Below, piece after piece: positions 1 through 8,493 of a stretch of DNA of 62,422 bases. Both the position numbers and the translations under genes were made by a program. The notes beneath the pieces are model-generated. The model did not search any database, was not told the DNA's origin, and saw nothing but the letters and a program-made list of their open reading frames with translations. The stretch is from Patescibacteria group bacterium (GTDB taxonomy: Bacteria > Patescibacteriota > Patescibacteriia > Patescibacteriales > JAQTRU01): assembly GCA_041645555.1 (NCBI GenBank), contig JBAZPX010000005.1, forward strand, positions 1-62,422. The letters run 5' to 3'. Each line of letters opens with the position of its first letter. Position 1 is the first letter of the stretch.

Positions 1-3000
1 GTTCAGACCGGTTGGACAATACAGTACAACAAAATAGCGGGTTATAGATATGCCGGTATTGAATTAACCAACGTCGCCAATTCAAAAGTTAAAGATAACG
101 AGATTGCGGCGCCGACAAGTCTTTTTGATGACCCGGGTGACGCTGGCGTTGGCATTGAAATTGCGGCTCGTTCGCGCACGAAACCGGTAATTGCCGGCAC
201 AGATATAGAAGTTAGCGGCAATACGATTACAGGTGCTTTCCCAACTGGTTCGCGGGCTGCTATTAATCTCTTGTCCCGCGCCTACACAGCAACCAGCGAT
301 GCAACTCTTTCCGGCGTGACTGTGAGTGGAAATAATATTTCCGGTGCTGTTAATACACGCGCGGCCATATTGGCAGTTTCTGAGGTTAGATCAAGTGGTC
401 CGGCAACAATCAGTAATTTAGCGATCACCACCGACAATATACTTGATGGCAACTTGAATGCTATAGAAATTAAGGATTATGTAAAAAGTGGGTCGGGAAC
501 TGCTTCGCATTCTTCCATTACTATTACCGGAAACGAAATTAAAAATAGCACGGGTATAGGGTTATATTTATCGGCTACTACCTCGGCAACAGAAATTACA
601 GTTAGCTCTAATAAAATTCTTGCAAATGCGCTGTTCGGAATTAAAAATGAAGGAACAGGCACGCTCAATGCCGAAAACAATTGGTGGGGGACTGTAAAGA
701 AAGCAACAATCAGTGGTTTAGTTTATGGCGCGGTTGATTTTGAGCCTTATTATTTAGATGAATTAAAAACTACTTTAAGTTCCGCTTTACCACAGGTTTA
801 TGTGGATTCTACTTATAGCGAGGGAAACGCCAGTCCGCATACTTTTGATTACGATGCGTTTGCTACGATTTCTGACGCAATAACTGCCGTTGATTCCGGA
901 GGTACTATTAACGTGGCCGCCGGAACATACACGGTAAACAGTTCAATTAACGTAAATAAAAGCGTAACGATAACCGCCGACACATCCGCGACTATTATTT
1001 CAACAGCACAAAATACCCCCGTATTTAATATAACCGCGAATAATGTCACGATTGAAAATTTTAACATAACAACCAATTTATCTCCTTTTAGCGTGCCTGG
1101 AACCGGAAGCGAAACCAGTGGAGCCCTTGTTCTTATTAATGCTCAAAACGTGGCAATTACCCATAATGTAATTCATGCAGATGAGACCTCTTTGGGTGCA
1201 ATGTCTACTTGGACTGCAAGAGGCATAACTCTTCAAACAGGTTCAGCCACAATTAGTGGAAATACAATATATGGAGTTAGGAATGGCATTATAGGAAGAT
1301 ATGGTATTACGGCTGATATAGAAGATAATACTATTTTTAACACCAAGGGCGGAATCATGAATTATACCAACACTCAAGTAGATGCGGATAATAGGACGAT
1401 GGTTAATAACTCTTGGGATTCTACGCTTGAAGGCGCAATGAGTCATAACGAATGGGACATCGTCTGGAACTCCGGTGGTGGACCCTACGCGCCAGACTAC
1501 AATCAGAGTGTGCTTGTTCTCTCTGGCGCTAACAATAATGCTTATGTGGTCAGTTTGATGACGAGCACGCCTTACTCTGACCCCAACCGTTCTACCACTC
1601 TAACCGGAAACCGGAGCCACGTTTTTGTGAACACAACGGGTACGGCTACTAAGACGTGGACCAACGGCAATATGAACCTGCCCTATACCACGATTGCACT
1701 CGGCATAGAGGCCGTTGTGCCAGGCGGAAAGGTTAATGTCGCAGCCGGAACGTATTCCGAGAATATAAATGTAAATAAATCACTCACCTTGACTGGTGAA
1801 AGCAGTGATACTGTAACTGTGACCGCAGCAAGTCAAACCAATAGCGTCTTTACTATAAATGCGAATAATGTAGAAATTTCAGGATTCACGGCTACGCACA
1901 CAACTATGACAGGCAATGAGGGCTATGCGGGAATAAAATTTAATAGTGGCGTGACAGGCTGTAGTATTTACGATAATATATTAGTAAATAATCAATATGG
2001 CATATTGATTATTGAACCGGAAGACAGCACAACCCCCGGGAATAACACGTTTACAAATAACAATGCTTCAAGCAATGGCGTTTCTGGCATAGAAATGCAG
2101 CACTCGTATGGCAATACATTTACAAATAACACAGCAAACTCGAACGGCAGCTACGGCTTTAAATTGGACTCTGCGCGTAACAACACGTTCACGGGCAACA
2201 CGGCAAATTCTAACCAAAGAGGATTCTATCTAACCACAGGCTCTGGTGTCGGGTCCAACAACAACACATTTACGAACAATACCGCAAGCTTGAACACTAA
2301 ACACGGTATTCATTTAATTGGTATAAGCAACAACAACACGCTTACCGGCAATACCTTTTCCGGAAACACTACAACCGGTATCAAACTGCAAGGTGAAGTC
2401 AACTCTCTCGCAATAAGCTCCAGCACAATTACCAACAGTCTTACTGGTATTAATATTTCTAACGAAAGTTCTCCGAGCCCTAGTGTCGCTGCTTGGACAG
2501 TGGCGAAGAATAACATTTCGGGGAACACTACTGGTGTCTCCAATAGCGGTACGGGCACCCTTAATGCCACCAATAACTATTGGGGAACGGATTATCCTGT
2601 TTTTAGCACGATTATTTCAGGTAGTGTCAGCCATGACCCCTGGTATTTTGATGGCGACCTAAAACAATCAAGTTCTCAAATAGCGACTATTTTCCAGGGT
2701 ATTGCTGAAACTTTGTCGGGCAATGGAGTTGCCAGCAACATCGGTGATGTCACAGCTTCTAAAATCAAGTCTTTCCCGAATTTATATTTTGAAAAATCAA
2801 TTGACGGCGTGAAAATGGGTAAAATAAAGTTTACTTCGGCGCTGGACTTGTCCAGTCAGGCTACGACAGATTTCCTTAAAGCTCTGGGCAGTAAAATGGA
2901 CGCCAACTCCGGAGTAATCGGGCTTGATTTTAGAGAGACGGGTGAAACCCTAAGCCTTAAAGGAGTGAGTGCGGAAATTAAATTTTATGGTTTAGATAAT

Positions 3001-6000
3001 TTGGGCTTTGGCGACAACTCTACGATTGAGCAAATCAATGCGAAACTAATTGCCAGAGATGATGAAGGAGGTATTGTGGATAAGAGCGGACTTATTGCTC
3101 CGGAGAGCGCTAGTTATATTGGCGCTTGCGGAGTTGGAGAAACGGAATGCCATGTTTTCACTATAGGCGTTAACCACTTTACCAAATATCAAATTGATAA
3201 TACGCCTCCAACTTTCGGCCCTTGTCCGCCCGCGACAGGCACAACCGGGGGAACATCAATGGTAAGAGTTACAGCCGAGGACAATGTTGCCGTGGCCAAT
3301 GCCCAAATCAGTGTCAACGGCGGGGTGTCATACACCGATATGGAATACGTCAGTTCTCTTGATTTGAAAAAACGATATACCTATAAAGTTAATGTTCCCT
3401 ACAATTCAACAGGCATCACTTATCAAGTCAAAATATCTGACGCCGTAGGCAACTTAACTATTTCAGACCCCAAGACAATTACAGTTACCGGTATTGATTT
3501 TGCCGCTGGTTCAGCCACTACTAATTCTTTAGTCTTGAGCTGGGAAAATAATGAAGCTAACGGCAGTTATTATATTATAAAGCGTTCAACCAGCGCCATA
3601 ACTGCGGAAAATTTTTCCGCGGCTACAACTTTGGGCGGAGCGCCAGCAGTAACCAGTGGCAAACAAGGATATGTTGCCAAAAACCTCTTGCCTGATACGA
3701 CTTATTATTTTGCCATTAAGTTAATTGATTATGAAGGAAATACTTCTGCCATGGCAGTAACTTCAGGTAAAACTTTAACGCCAGCGGCCGCGCCTTCTGA
3801 TTTGGCCGCTCCGGCAGCTATTAGCGATTTAGCGCCTACTGAGAAGAAAGGTCCGACCACAACCGAGGTAAGATTAACCTGGACAGCGACAGGCGATGAT
3901 GGCGCTTCTGGCATTGCTTCCAAATATATTATTAAGCGTTCAACCAGCGCCATAACCGCGGAAAATTTTGCGGCGGCTACGACAATATTTAACACTCTTT
4001 CGCCCCAGCCGGCTGGTTCGACTGAATTCTTTATCGTAACCGGGTTAACATCAGGCGCAACTTATTATTTCGCGATTAAAGTACAGGATGAAGTTCCTAA
4101 TACTTCTATTATGAGTAATGTTGCCATTAAGACTACTGACAGTAATTTGCCGACTGTAAGCGCGATTACTCCAACCCAAGGTGAAAACGGGGGAGCGGTG
4201 GCGATTACGGTTACCGGGACTAACTTTATCGACGGTACCAATACTTTAAGATTTTCCAATTCCAGCAATACTTTTGAATTAGCGGCTACTTATGCTAGCG
4301 CGACTAGTTTGACGGCCTCTGCTCCGGTTGGCGCTCCGGTTGGCGCTTATAGCTTAAAAGTCGCTAACAGCAACGGCGCTTCTTCGGCTTTGGCTTCAGC
4401 TTATACGGTAAAAGTCGCGCCCATACCTTTGCCAACCGTAAGCGATTTGCTTCCAGCCAATATCGGCTCTAATGATTCTGATGTAAGCTTAACTATCTAT
4501 GGCGTTAATTTTACCGGCGCTACCGCGGTTAGTATTGATACAGCGCCGGAAACCGCTTTAGCCATCGCTTCAGTCAGCAGTACTAAAATTGTCGCTACTA
4601 TACCGGGTATGGTTGCGGCCGGCAACTATAATATTAAAGTAACTACGGCTGGCGGTACTAATACTATCAGCTCGGTAAAATTGGACGTTAAAGCGCCTGT
4701 AGTTATTGATAATATGACGGTTCAGGATGTTTCTACTGACCAGCCGGTTGATTTAGACAATACCGGCACTATTCCGGTGCAGATAACCATGCAGTCTGAT
4801 AATACGATTGTTAATACTGATACGGTGGCCACGATTGAAGTGGTTATTCCGCCGGCAACCCAAGTGAAGAAAGCTGACGGCACGGCCTATACCGGCAATA
4901 TTAATCCGCCGCAGATAGTTAAAACAACCGATGAAATGAAGGAAACAGCCGGTGAGGACGCGATTGTTATTACGATGGGAAATCCGGATGAAAAAATTAG
5001 TTTTAGCAATGATTTCGTCACAACCGTTACCCTGGAAACAACCAACACCAAGGCGCCATTAATCTGGTACTATAAACCGGATGGTACTTTTGAAATCGCG
5101 GGCAAAGACGGAGTTAAGGACGGCGTAACCTACATTAAAGGCGGTACGGTCTTAAATACCGTTAATAACAACGGCGTTTATACTTATACTATCGGCTTGC
5201 TCTTAGACCATATGTCCAGCTACGTCGCCGGAGTTAATCCTTCTATTATTTCTATTTATCCGTCATCCGAAACAGTTGGAGCAACTCTAACAATTATCGG
5301 CACTAATTTTAGTACGAGCGCAACCGTGAAGTTTGGCGCTACGTCCGCAACTGTTTCTTCTTTAACCACTACCAGTATTTCCGCTACCGTGCCTTCAATT
5401 AGCACAGGCAGTTATAATATTACCGTAACTAATAGCGATGGTTTGGTTAGCAATGCTAAGACTTTTAGCTTTACGGCTAAAGTTCCGGGGCCGAACATAG
5501 GTGGCGGAGGCGGAGGCGCACAACCGCAAGCAGCTGCTCCGGCTACCCCAGCGACTCCAGCGACTCCCGCTACTCCCGCTACTCCCGCTACTCCTGAGGT
5601 TTCCCCGGCTGCTCCGGCCACTCCCGCTACTCCGGCTACCCCGGCGGCTCCAGCCGTCCCGGGCAGACCAGCCCCACAAGTTTTGGGTGAAAAAACCTAT
5701 GCTGACGGAACCTTAGTCCGAGGCAATGATAAAAAAATATTTGTCATTGTTGATGGGCAGAAGAAGTATATTCCTAACCTGAAAGAACTGGCTAAATACG
5801 CCGGACAAAAGATTTATGATGTGGCGAATACGGTTTTAATCCAATATCCGGAAGTCTTGGGAACGAAAGTTATTTCCGACGGCGCGTTGATAAGAGGCGG
5901 CGACGGTAAAATTTATGTCATAAAGAATAGCAAAAAACAGTATGTTAGCAGTTTGGAGGAATTGCGGAAAAATTATCGCGGTAAAAAGATTTATGATGTA

Positions 6001-6027
6001 AGCGATGAAACTTTGGCTAAGTATTAA
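1..6027 (+). CDS. Giant cell-surface protein, 5'-partial: parallel beta-helix (PbH1/NosD-like) repeats, FN3-like and IPT/TIG-like modules, Pro-Ala-Thr linker, duplicated C-terminal ~50-aa module
   Basis: Frame 1 is open from nt 1, with no stop before the track ORF 271..6027, so the gene starts upstream of the window. It has repeated short N/T/G-rich units and NNWWGT / NNYWGT motifs typical of right-handed beta-helix proteins. Two near-identical IIKRSTSAITAENF units look FN3-like, and several ...ITVTGTNF / LTIYGVNFTG / LTIIGTNFS units look IPT-like. Stop TAA 6025-6027 is followed by a hairpin terminator. Confidence 0.8.
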   Translation, partial: VQTGWTIQYNKIAGYRYAGIELTNVANSKVKDNEIAAPTSLFDDPGDAGVGIEIAARSRTKPVIAGTDIEVSGNTITGAFPTGSRAAINLLSRAYTATSDATLSGVTVSGNNISGAVNTRAAILAVSEVRSSGPATISNLAITTDNILDGNLNAIEIKDYVKSGSGTASHSSITITGNEIKNSTGIGLYLSATTSATEITVSSNKILANALFGIKNEGTGTLNAENNWWGTVKKATISGLVYGAVDFEPYYLDELKTTLSSALPQVYVDSTYSEGNASPHTFDYDAFATISDAITAVDSGGTINVAAGTYTVNSSINVNKSVTITADTSATIISTAQNTPVFNITANNVTIENFNITTNLSPFSVPGTGSETSGALVLINAQNVAITHNVIHADETSLGAMSTWTARGITLQTGSATISGNTIYGVRNGIIGRYGITADIEDNTIFNTKGGIMNYTNTQVDADNRTMVNNSWDSTLEGAMSHNEWDIVWNSGGGPYAPDYNQSVLVLSGANNNAYVVSLMTSTPYSDPNRSTTLTGNRSHVFVNTTGTATKTWTNGNMNLPYTTIALGIEAVVPGGKVNVAAGTYSENINVNKSLTLTGESSDTVTVTAASQTNSVFTINANNVEISGFTATHTTMTGNEGYAGIKFNSGVTGCSIYDNILVNNQYGILIIEPEDSTTPGNNTFTNNNASSNGVSGIEMQHSYGNTFTNNTANSNGSYGFKLDSARNNTFTGNTANSNQRGFYLTTGSGVGSNNNTFTNNTASLNTKHGIHLIGISNNNTLTGNTFSGNTTTGIKLQGEVNSLAISSSTITNSLTGINISNESSPSPSVAAWTVAKNNISGNTTGVSNSGTGTLNATNNYWGTDYPVFSTIISGSVSHDPWYFDGDLKQSSSQIATIFQGIAETLSGNGVASNIGDVTASKIKSFPNLYFEKSIDGVKMGKIKFTSALDLSSQATTDFLKALGSKMDANSGVIGLDFRETGETLSLKGVSAEIKFYGLDNLGFGDNSTIEQINAKLIARDDEGGIVDKSGLIAPESASYIGACGVGETECHVFTIGVNHFTKYQIDNTPPTFGPCPPATGTTGGTSMVRVTAEDNVAVANAQISVNGGVSYTDMEYVSSLDLKKRYTYKVNVPYNSTGITYQVKISDAVGNLTISDPKTITVTGIDFAAGSATTNSLVLSWENNEANGSYYIIKRSTSAITAENFSAATTLGGAPAVTSGKQGYVAKNLLPDTTYYFAIKLIDYEGNTSAMAVTSGKTLTPAAAPSDLAAPAAISDLAPTEKKGPTTTEVRLTWTATGDDGASGIASKYIIKRSTSAITAENFAAATTIFNTLSPQPAGSTEFFIVTGLTSGATYYFAIKVQDEVPNTSIMSNVAIKTTDSNLPTVSAITPTQGENGGAVAITVTGTNFIDGTNTLRFSNSSNTFELAATYASATSLTASAPVGAPVGAYSLKVANSNGASSALASAYTVKVAPIPLPTVSDLLPANIGSNDSDVSLTIYGVNFTGATAVSIDTAPETALAIASVSSTKIVATIPGMVAAGNYNIKVTTAGGTNTISSVKLDVKAPVVIDNMTVQDVSTDQPVDLDNTGTIPVQITMQSDNTIVNTDTVATIEVVIPPATQVKKADGTAYTGNINPPQIVKTTDEMKETAGEDAIVITMGNPDEKISFSNDFVTTVTLETTNTKAPLIWYYKPDGTFEIAGKDGVKDGVTYIKGGTVLNTVNNNGVYTYTIGLLLDHMSSYVAGVNPSIISIYPSSETVGATLTIIGTNFSTSATVKFGATSATVSSLTTTSISATVPSISTGSYNITVTNSDGLVSNAKTFSFTAKVPGPNIGGGGGGAQPQAAAPATPATPATPATPATPATPEVSPAAPATPATPATPAAPAVPGRPAPQVLGEKTYADGTLVRGNDKKIFVIVDGQKKYIPNLKELAKYAGQKIYDVANTVLIQYPEVLGTKVISDGALIRGGDGKIYVIKNSKKQYVSSLEELRKNYRGKKIYDVSDETLAKY
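5542..5652 (+). repeat. 9-nt tandem repeat GC(T/G)AC(T/C)CC(N) in two blocks (5542-5595, 5617-5652) encoding a (P-A-T)n linker
   Basis: Six consecutive 9-mers (gctacccca gcgactcca gcgactccc gctactccc gctactccc gctactcct) are followed by a second block of four. The translation is PATPATPATPATPATP. Confidence 0.9.
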
Positions 6028-6051
6028 AATCTGAGATTGATATATAAAAAA

Positions 6052-6084
6052 CCCCGCCGCTCTCAAGCGGCGGGGTTTTGTTTT
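6052..6084 (+). terminator. Intrinsic terminator after the giant surface-protein gene
   Basis: Stem CCCCGCCGC (6052-6060) / GCGGCGGGG (6067-6075), 6-nt loop, then a T-rich run TTTTGTTTT. Confidence 0.85.
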
Positions 6085-6110
6085 ATTTATGATGTCATTG
6101 CGATCCCGCT

Positions 6111-6236
6111 CCCTCACCCCCTCGCCCCTCTCCCGCTCTTATCATCGCGGGCGAGGGGAGCTGGAGAAACACTCCTTTAAATAACTCCCTTCTCCTTTCG
6201 GCTCGCAGCCGAAGGGAGAAGGGTTGGGGATGAGGG
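6111..6236. other. GC-rich compound stem-loop element (three-way junction-like), function unknown
   Basis: An inner 17-bp hairpin is 6187-6203 / 6207-6223 (CCCTTCTCCTTTCGGCT cgc AGCCGAAGGGAGAAGGG). A second hairpin is 6121-6136 / 6147-6160 (12 of 14 pairs). An outer pairing is CCCTCACCCC (6111-6120) with GGGGATGAGGG (6226-6236). It is strongly GC-rich compared with its flanks. Confidence 0.6.
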
Positions 6237-6302
6237 TTTATCGTTTGCTCCTTTCCATTGTAAATGTTATTATAAAACCTAGGTTATAAATAACAAAAAC
6301 AT

Positions 6303-7217
6303 ATGCCGGAACTGCCGGAAGTGGAAACAATTAAAAATGATTTAAAGAAAAGAATTTTAAGAAAAAAAATAATTGGGGTTGAAATAAGGGGTAAAAAGAT
6401 AGTAAACCCCATTAGAGATAAATCTCTAAACGGGGCAAGAAATAAACCGGCTGGCTTCACTAAAATTTTACAAGGCAATTCTTTTCATACTATAAATAGA
6501 ATTGGCAAACTTTTAATTTTTGAGCTGGCTGATAAGAAAAATTTTCTGCTGATTCATCTGAAAATGACCGGCCAGCTGATTTATTGCGGGAAAGGCGAAA
6601 TAGTGGCCGGGGGTCATGAGGCGGGAGGAGAAGAAAAGAAAATTCCCGGGGTGGGGGAGGCGTTGCCGAATAAACATACCCGTCTGATTTTTTCTTTCCA
6701 GGGCGGGGTAAAATTATTTTTTAATGATTTGCGCAAATTTGGTTATGCTAAAATTGTAAACGAAAAAGAGCTGGAAAAAATAAAAGGGGAGTATGGGCCG
6801 GAGCCCCTTACTAAGAGGTTTACTTTAGCGGCTTTCAGAAAGATTTTGGAAGGCAAAAACGCTCCTATTAAGGCGATTTTACTCAATCAGGGTCTAATTG
6901 CCGGAATTGGCAATATTTACGCTGATGAAGCCCTTTTTGAGGCCAGAATTAGGCCCAGCAGGCCGGGCAGGAGCCTATCGACCAGAGAGAAAGAGGCGCT
7001 TTTTAAAGCCATCAATTATTTATTGAAAAAGGCCATAAAATACCGCGGCACTACCTTTAGCAATTATGTGGATGCGGCCGGCAAAAGAGGCAATTTTACT
7101 AAACTATTAAAAGTTTATCATCGGGAAGGGGATAAGTGTAAACGATGCGGGGCAGTGATAAAAAAGGTAAGAGTGGCTGGCAGAGGAACAAGGTTTTGTG
7201 AAAAATGCCAAAAATAA
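6303..7217 (+). CDS. mutM: Formamidopyrimidine-DNA glycosylase (Fpg/MutM)
   Basis: N-terminus MPELPEVE with the catalytic Pro2/Glu3. H2TH region. C-terminal zinc finger CKRCG...RGTRFCEKCQ. Confidence 0.93.
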   Translation: MPELPEVETIKNDLKKRILRKKIIGVEIRGKKIVNPIRDKSLNGARNKPAGFTKILQGNSFHTINRIGKLLIFELADKKNFLLIHLKMTGQLIYCGKGEIVAGGHEAGGEEKKIPGVGEALPNKHTRLIFSFQGGVKLFFNDLRKFGYAKIVNEKELEKIKGEYGPEPLTKRFTLAAFRKILEGKNAPIKAILLNQGLIAGIGNIYADEALFEARIRPSRPGRSLSTREKEALFKAINYLLKKAIKYRGTTFSNYVDAAGKRGNFTKLLKVYHREGDKCKRCGAVIKKVRVAGRGTRFCEKCQK

Positions 7218-7266
7218 GATCTAACGTGGCGCTACAAATGCCACACATGCAAATAGAGCAAGGAGT

Positions 7267-7296
7267 TTGACTTTTTAAGTATCTTATGGCTATAAT
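7267..7296 (+). promoter_or_regulatory. Sigma70-like promoter upstream of rpmG
   Basis: TTGACT (7267-7272), 18-nt spacer, TATAAT (7291-7296). A second TATAAT lies at 7301-7306. Confidence 0.5.
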
Positions 7297-7359
7297 TAGG
7301 TATAATTTAGTTTCCGCCAAAGGCGGATCAGCCCCTGGCTGAAATTAATCATTTAAATT

Positions 7360-7515
7360 ATGTCTCAAGACAACATGATAAAATTAGAGTGCAAAGATTG
7401 CAAAAGACTCAATTATTTTTCCCGAAAGAATAAGAAAACTTTAAAAAACAGGCTGGAGCTGAAAAAATACTGTAAGCATTGCAAAAAGCATACTTTACAT
7501 AAAGAAACTAAATAA
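7360..7515 (+). CDS. rpmG: 50S ribosomal protein L33
   Basis: This ORF is below the 60-aa cutoff of the track. My own translation is [51 protein letters not shown]. It has the L33 pattern, with two CxxC pairs and the motif L.L.KYC..C..HT.HKE.K. Confidence 0.85.
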   Translation: MSQDNMIKLECKDCKRLNYFSRKNKKTLKNRLELKKYCKHCKKHTLHKETK

Positions 7516-7526
7516 GATAGTTTTTT

Positions 7527-7922
7527 ATGTTTGGGTTTAAAACAACTAATCAGCTCGCTATCTCGCTGATTTTTGTTTTGCTTTTTTCCGGCTGTAATTT
7601 GAAAGACGCCGGTAGCGAGCTGAAAAAGCTTGATGATAAGGTCGGGCAGAAACTGGACCAAATACAGGAGAAACAGCAGGAAGATGTGGTTAATTTTTTT
7701 AATGAAGAGAAAATTGCGCCGGCGGCAAAGGACCTAACCAAAGAGCAGAAAGAAAAAATTGACAAGTGGCTTGAGAAAAATAATTTGAACCGCTATGGCG
7801 ATTCGGTAGATATGATGTATACGGGCGGCACGCCCCTCTTTAACGAAACGACAGGGGAGAGCCTTGACCGCTATGATTATATTTTAAAAAATCATCCGGA
7901 ATTATTGGATGAATTAAAATAA
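7527..7922 (+). CDS. Hypothetical lipoprotein
   Basis: Signal peptide ending in the lipobox-like LFSGC. The mature part is charged. Confidence 0.55.
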   Translation: MFGFKTTNQLAISLIFVLLFSGCNLKDAGSELKKLDDKVGQKLDQIQEKQQEDVVNFFNEEKIAPAAKDLTKEQKEKIDKWLEKNNLNRYGDSVDMMYTGGTPLFNETTGESLDRYDYILKNHPELLDELK

Positions 7923-7928
7923 AAATAT

Positions 7929-8264
7929 ATGAAAAATAAATTTATTAGTTTTAGCGCTCCAATCTTGATGTTGCTGGCGACGGTTAATCCGGCGATGGCC
8001 GCGACCTGCGCTGTTAACGGGAAAGAAATTCCTTGTGATATTTTTTGGGCGCGATATGGCTGGATATTTGTTATTGGTTTTTTGATTCCGGGATTATTGT
8101 TTATGATAAAGCCCGATTGGCTGCTTAAATTGCAGATTTGGAGTTCTGAAAAATTTATGGGCGCTAAATATATTCCGTCTAAAAAAACCGAAATGATTGT
8201 GTTCATGATAGGCGCTGTTTTTACCATTTTAGGCTTATTTTTTCTATACCAAGTATTCCCTTAA
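7929..8264 (+). CDS. Hypothetical small membrane protein
   Basis: Signal peptide (...NPAMA/AT) plus two hydrophobic helices. It follows the previous gene by 6 nt. Confidence 0.5.
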   Translation: MKNKFISFSAPILMLLATVNPAMAATCAVNGKEIPCDIFWARYGWIFVIGFLIPGLLFMIKPDWLLKLQIWSSEKFMGAKYIPSKKTEMIVFMIGAVFTILGLFFLYQVFP

Positions 8265-8337
8265 TAATTTATTTGGCTTTGCCAATTCTAAAAAAAATCA
8301 GCCGGAATTATTAAGTGAGTTAAATTAATTATATGAA

Positions 8338-8493
8338 CCCCGTTAGAAATAGATTTCTAAGCGGGGTGAACCCCACTAGAAATTTGGTTAACTAGAAAAA
8401 ATAAAGAAATTTTTAGTGGGTGGAAAGAAGATATATTTAAAATAAATTAAAATATTTTTATGGAAAAAAATAATAACGAAATTTCTAACGGGG
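8338..8493 (+). repeat. CCCCGTTAGAAAT-armed cassette, copy 1 (expanded; contains a nested variant arm pair)
   Basis: Left arm is 8338-8350. An adjacent imperfect right arm ATTTCTAAGCGGGG is at 8353-8366. A variant pair is CCCCACTAGAAAT 8371-8383 / ATTTTTAGTGGG 8409-8420. The perfect right arm ATTTCTAACGGGG is at 8481-8493, inside codons 8-12 of the transporter ORF. A mini-ORF spans 8333-8395. Confidence 0.85.

Noticed and set aside
5395-5716. Overlapping ORFs (5395..5679 -, 5412..5621 -, 5501..5716 +) in the PAT-repeat region.
   Set aside because: They are low-complexity translations of the 9-nt tandem repeat in alternative frames or strands, inside a much longer coherent ORF.
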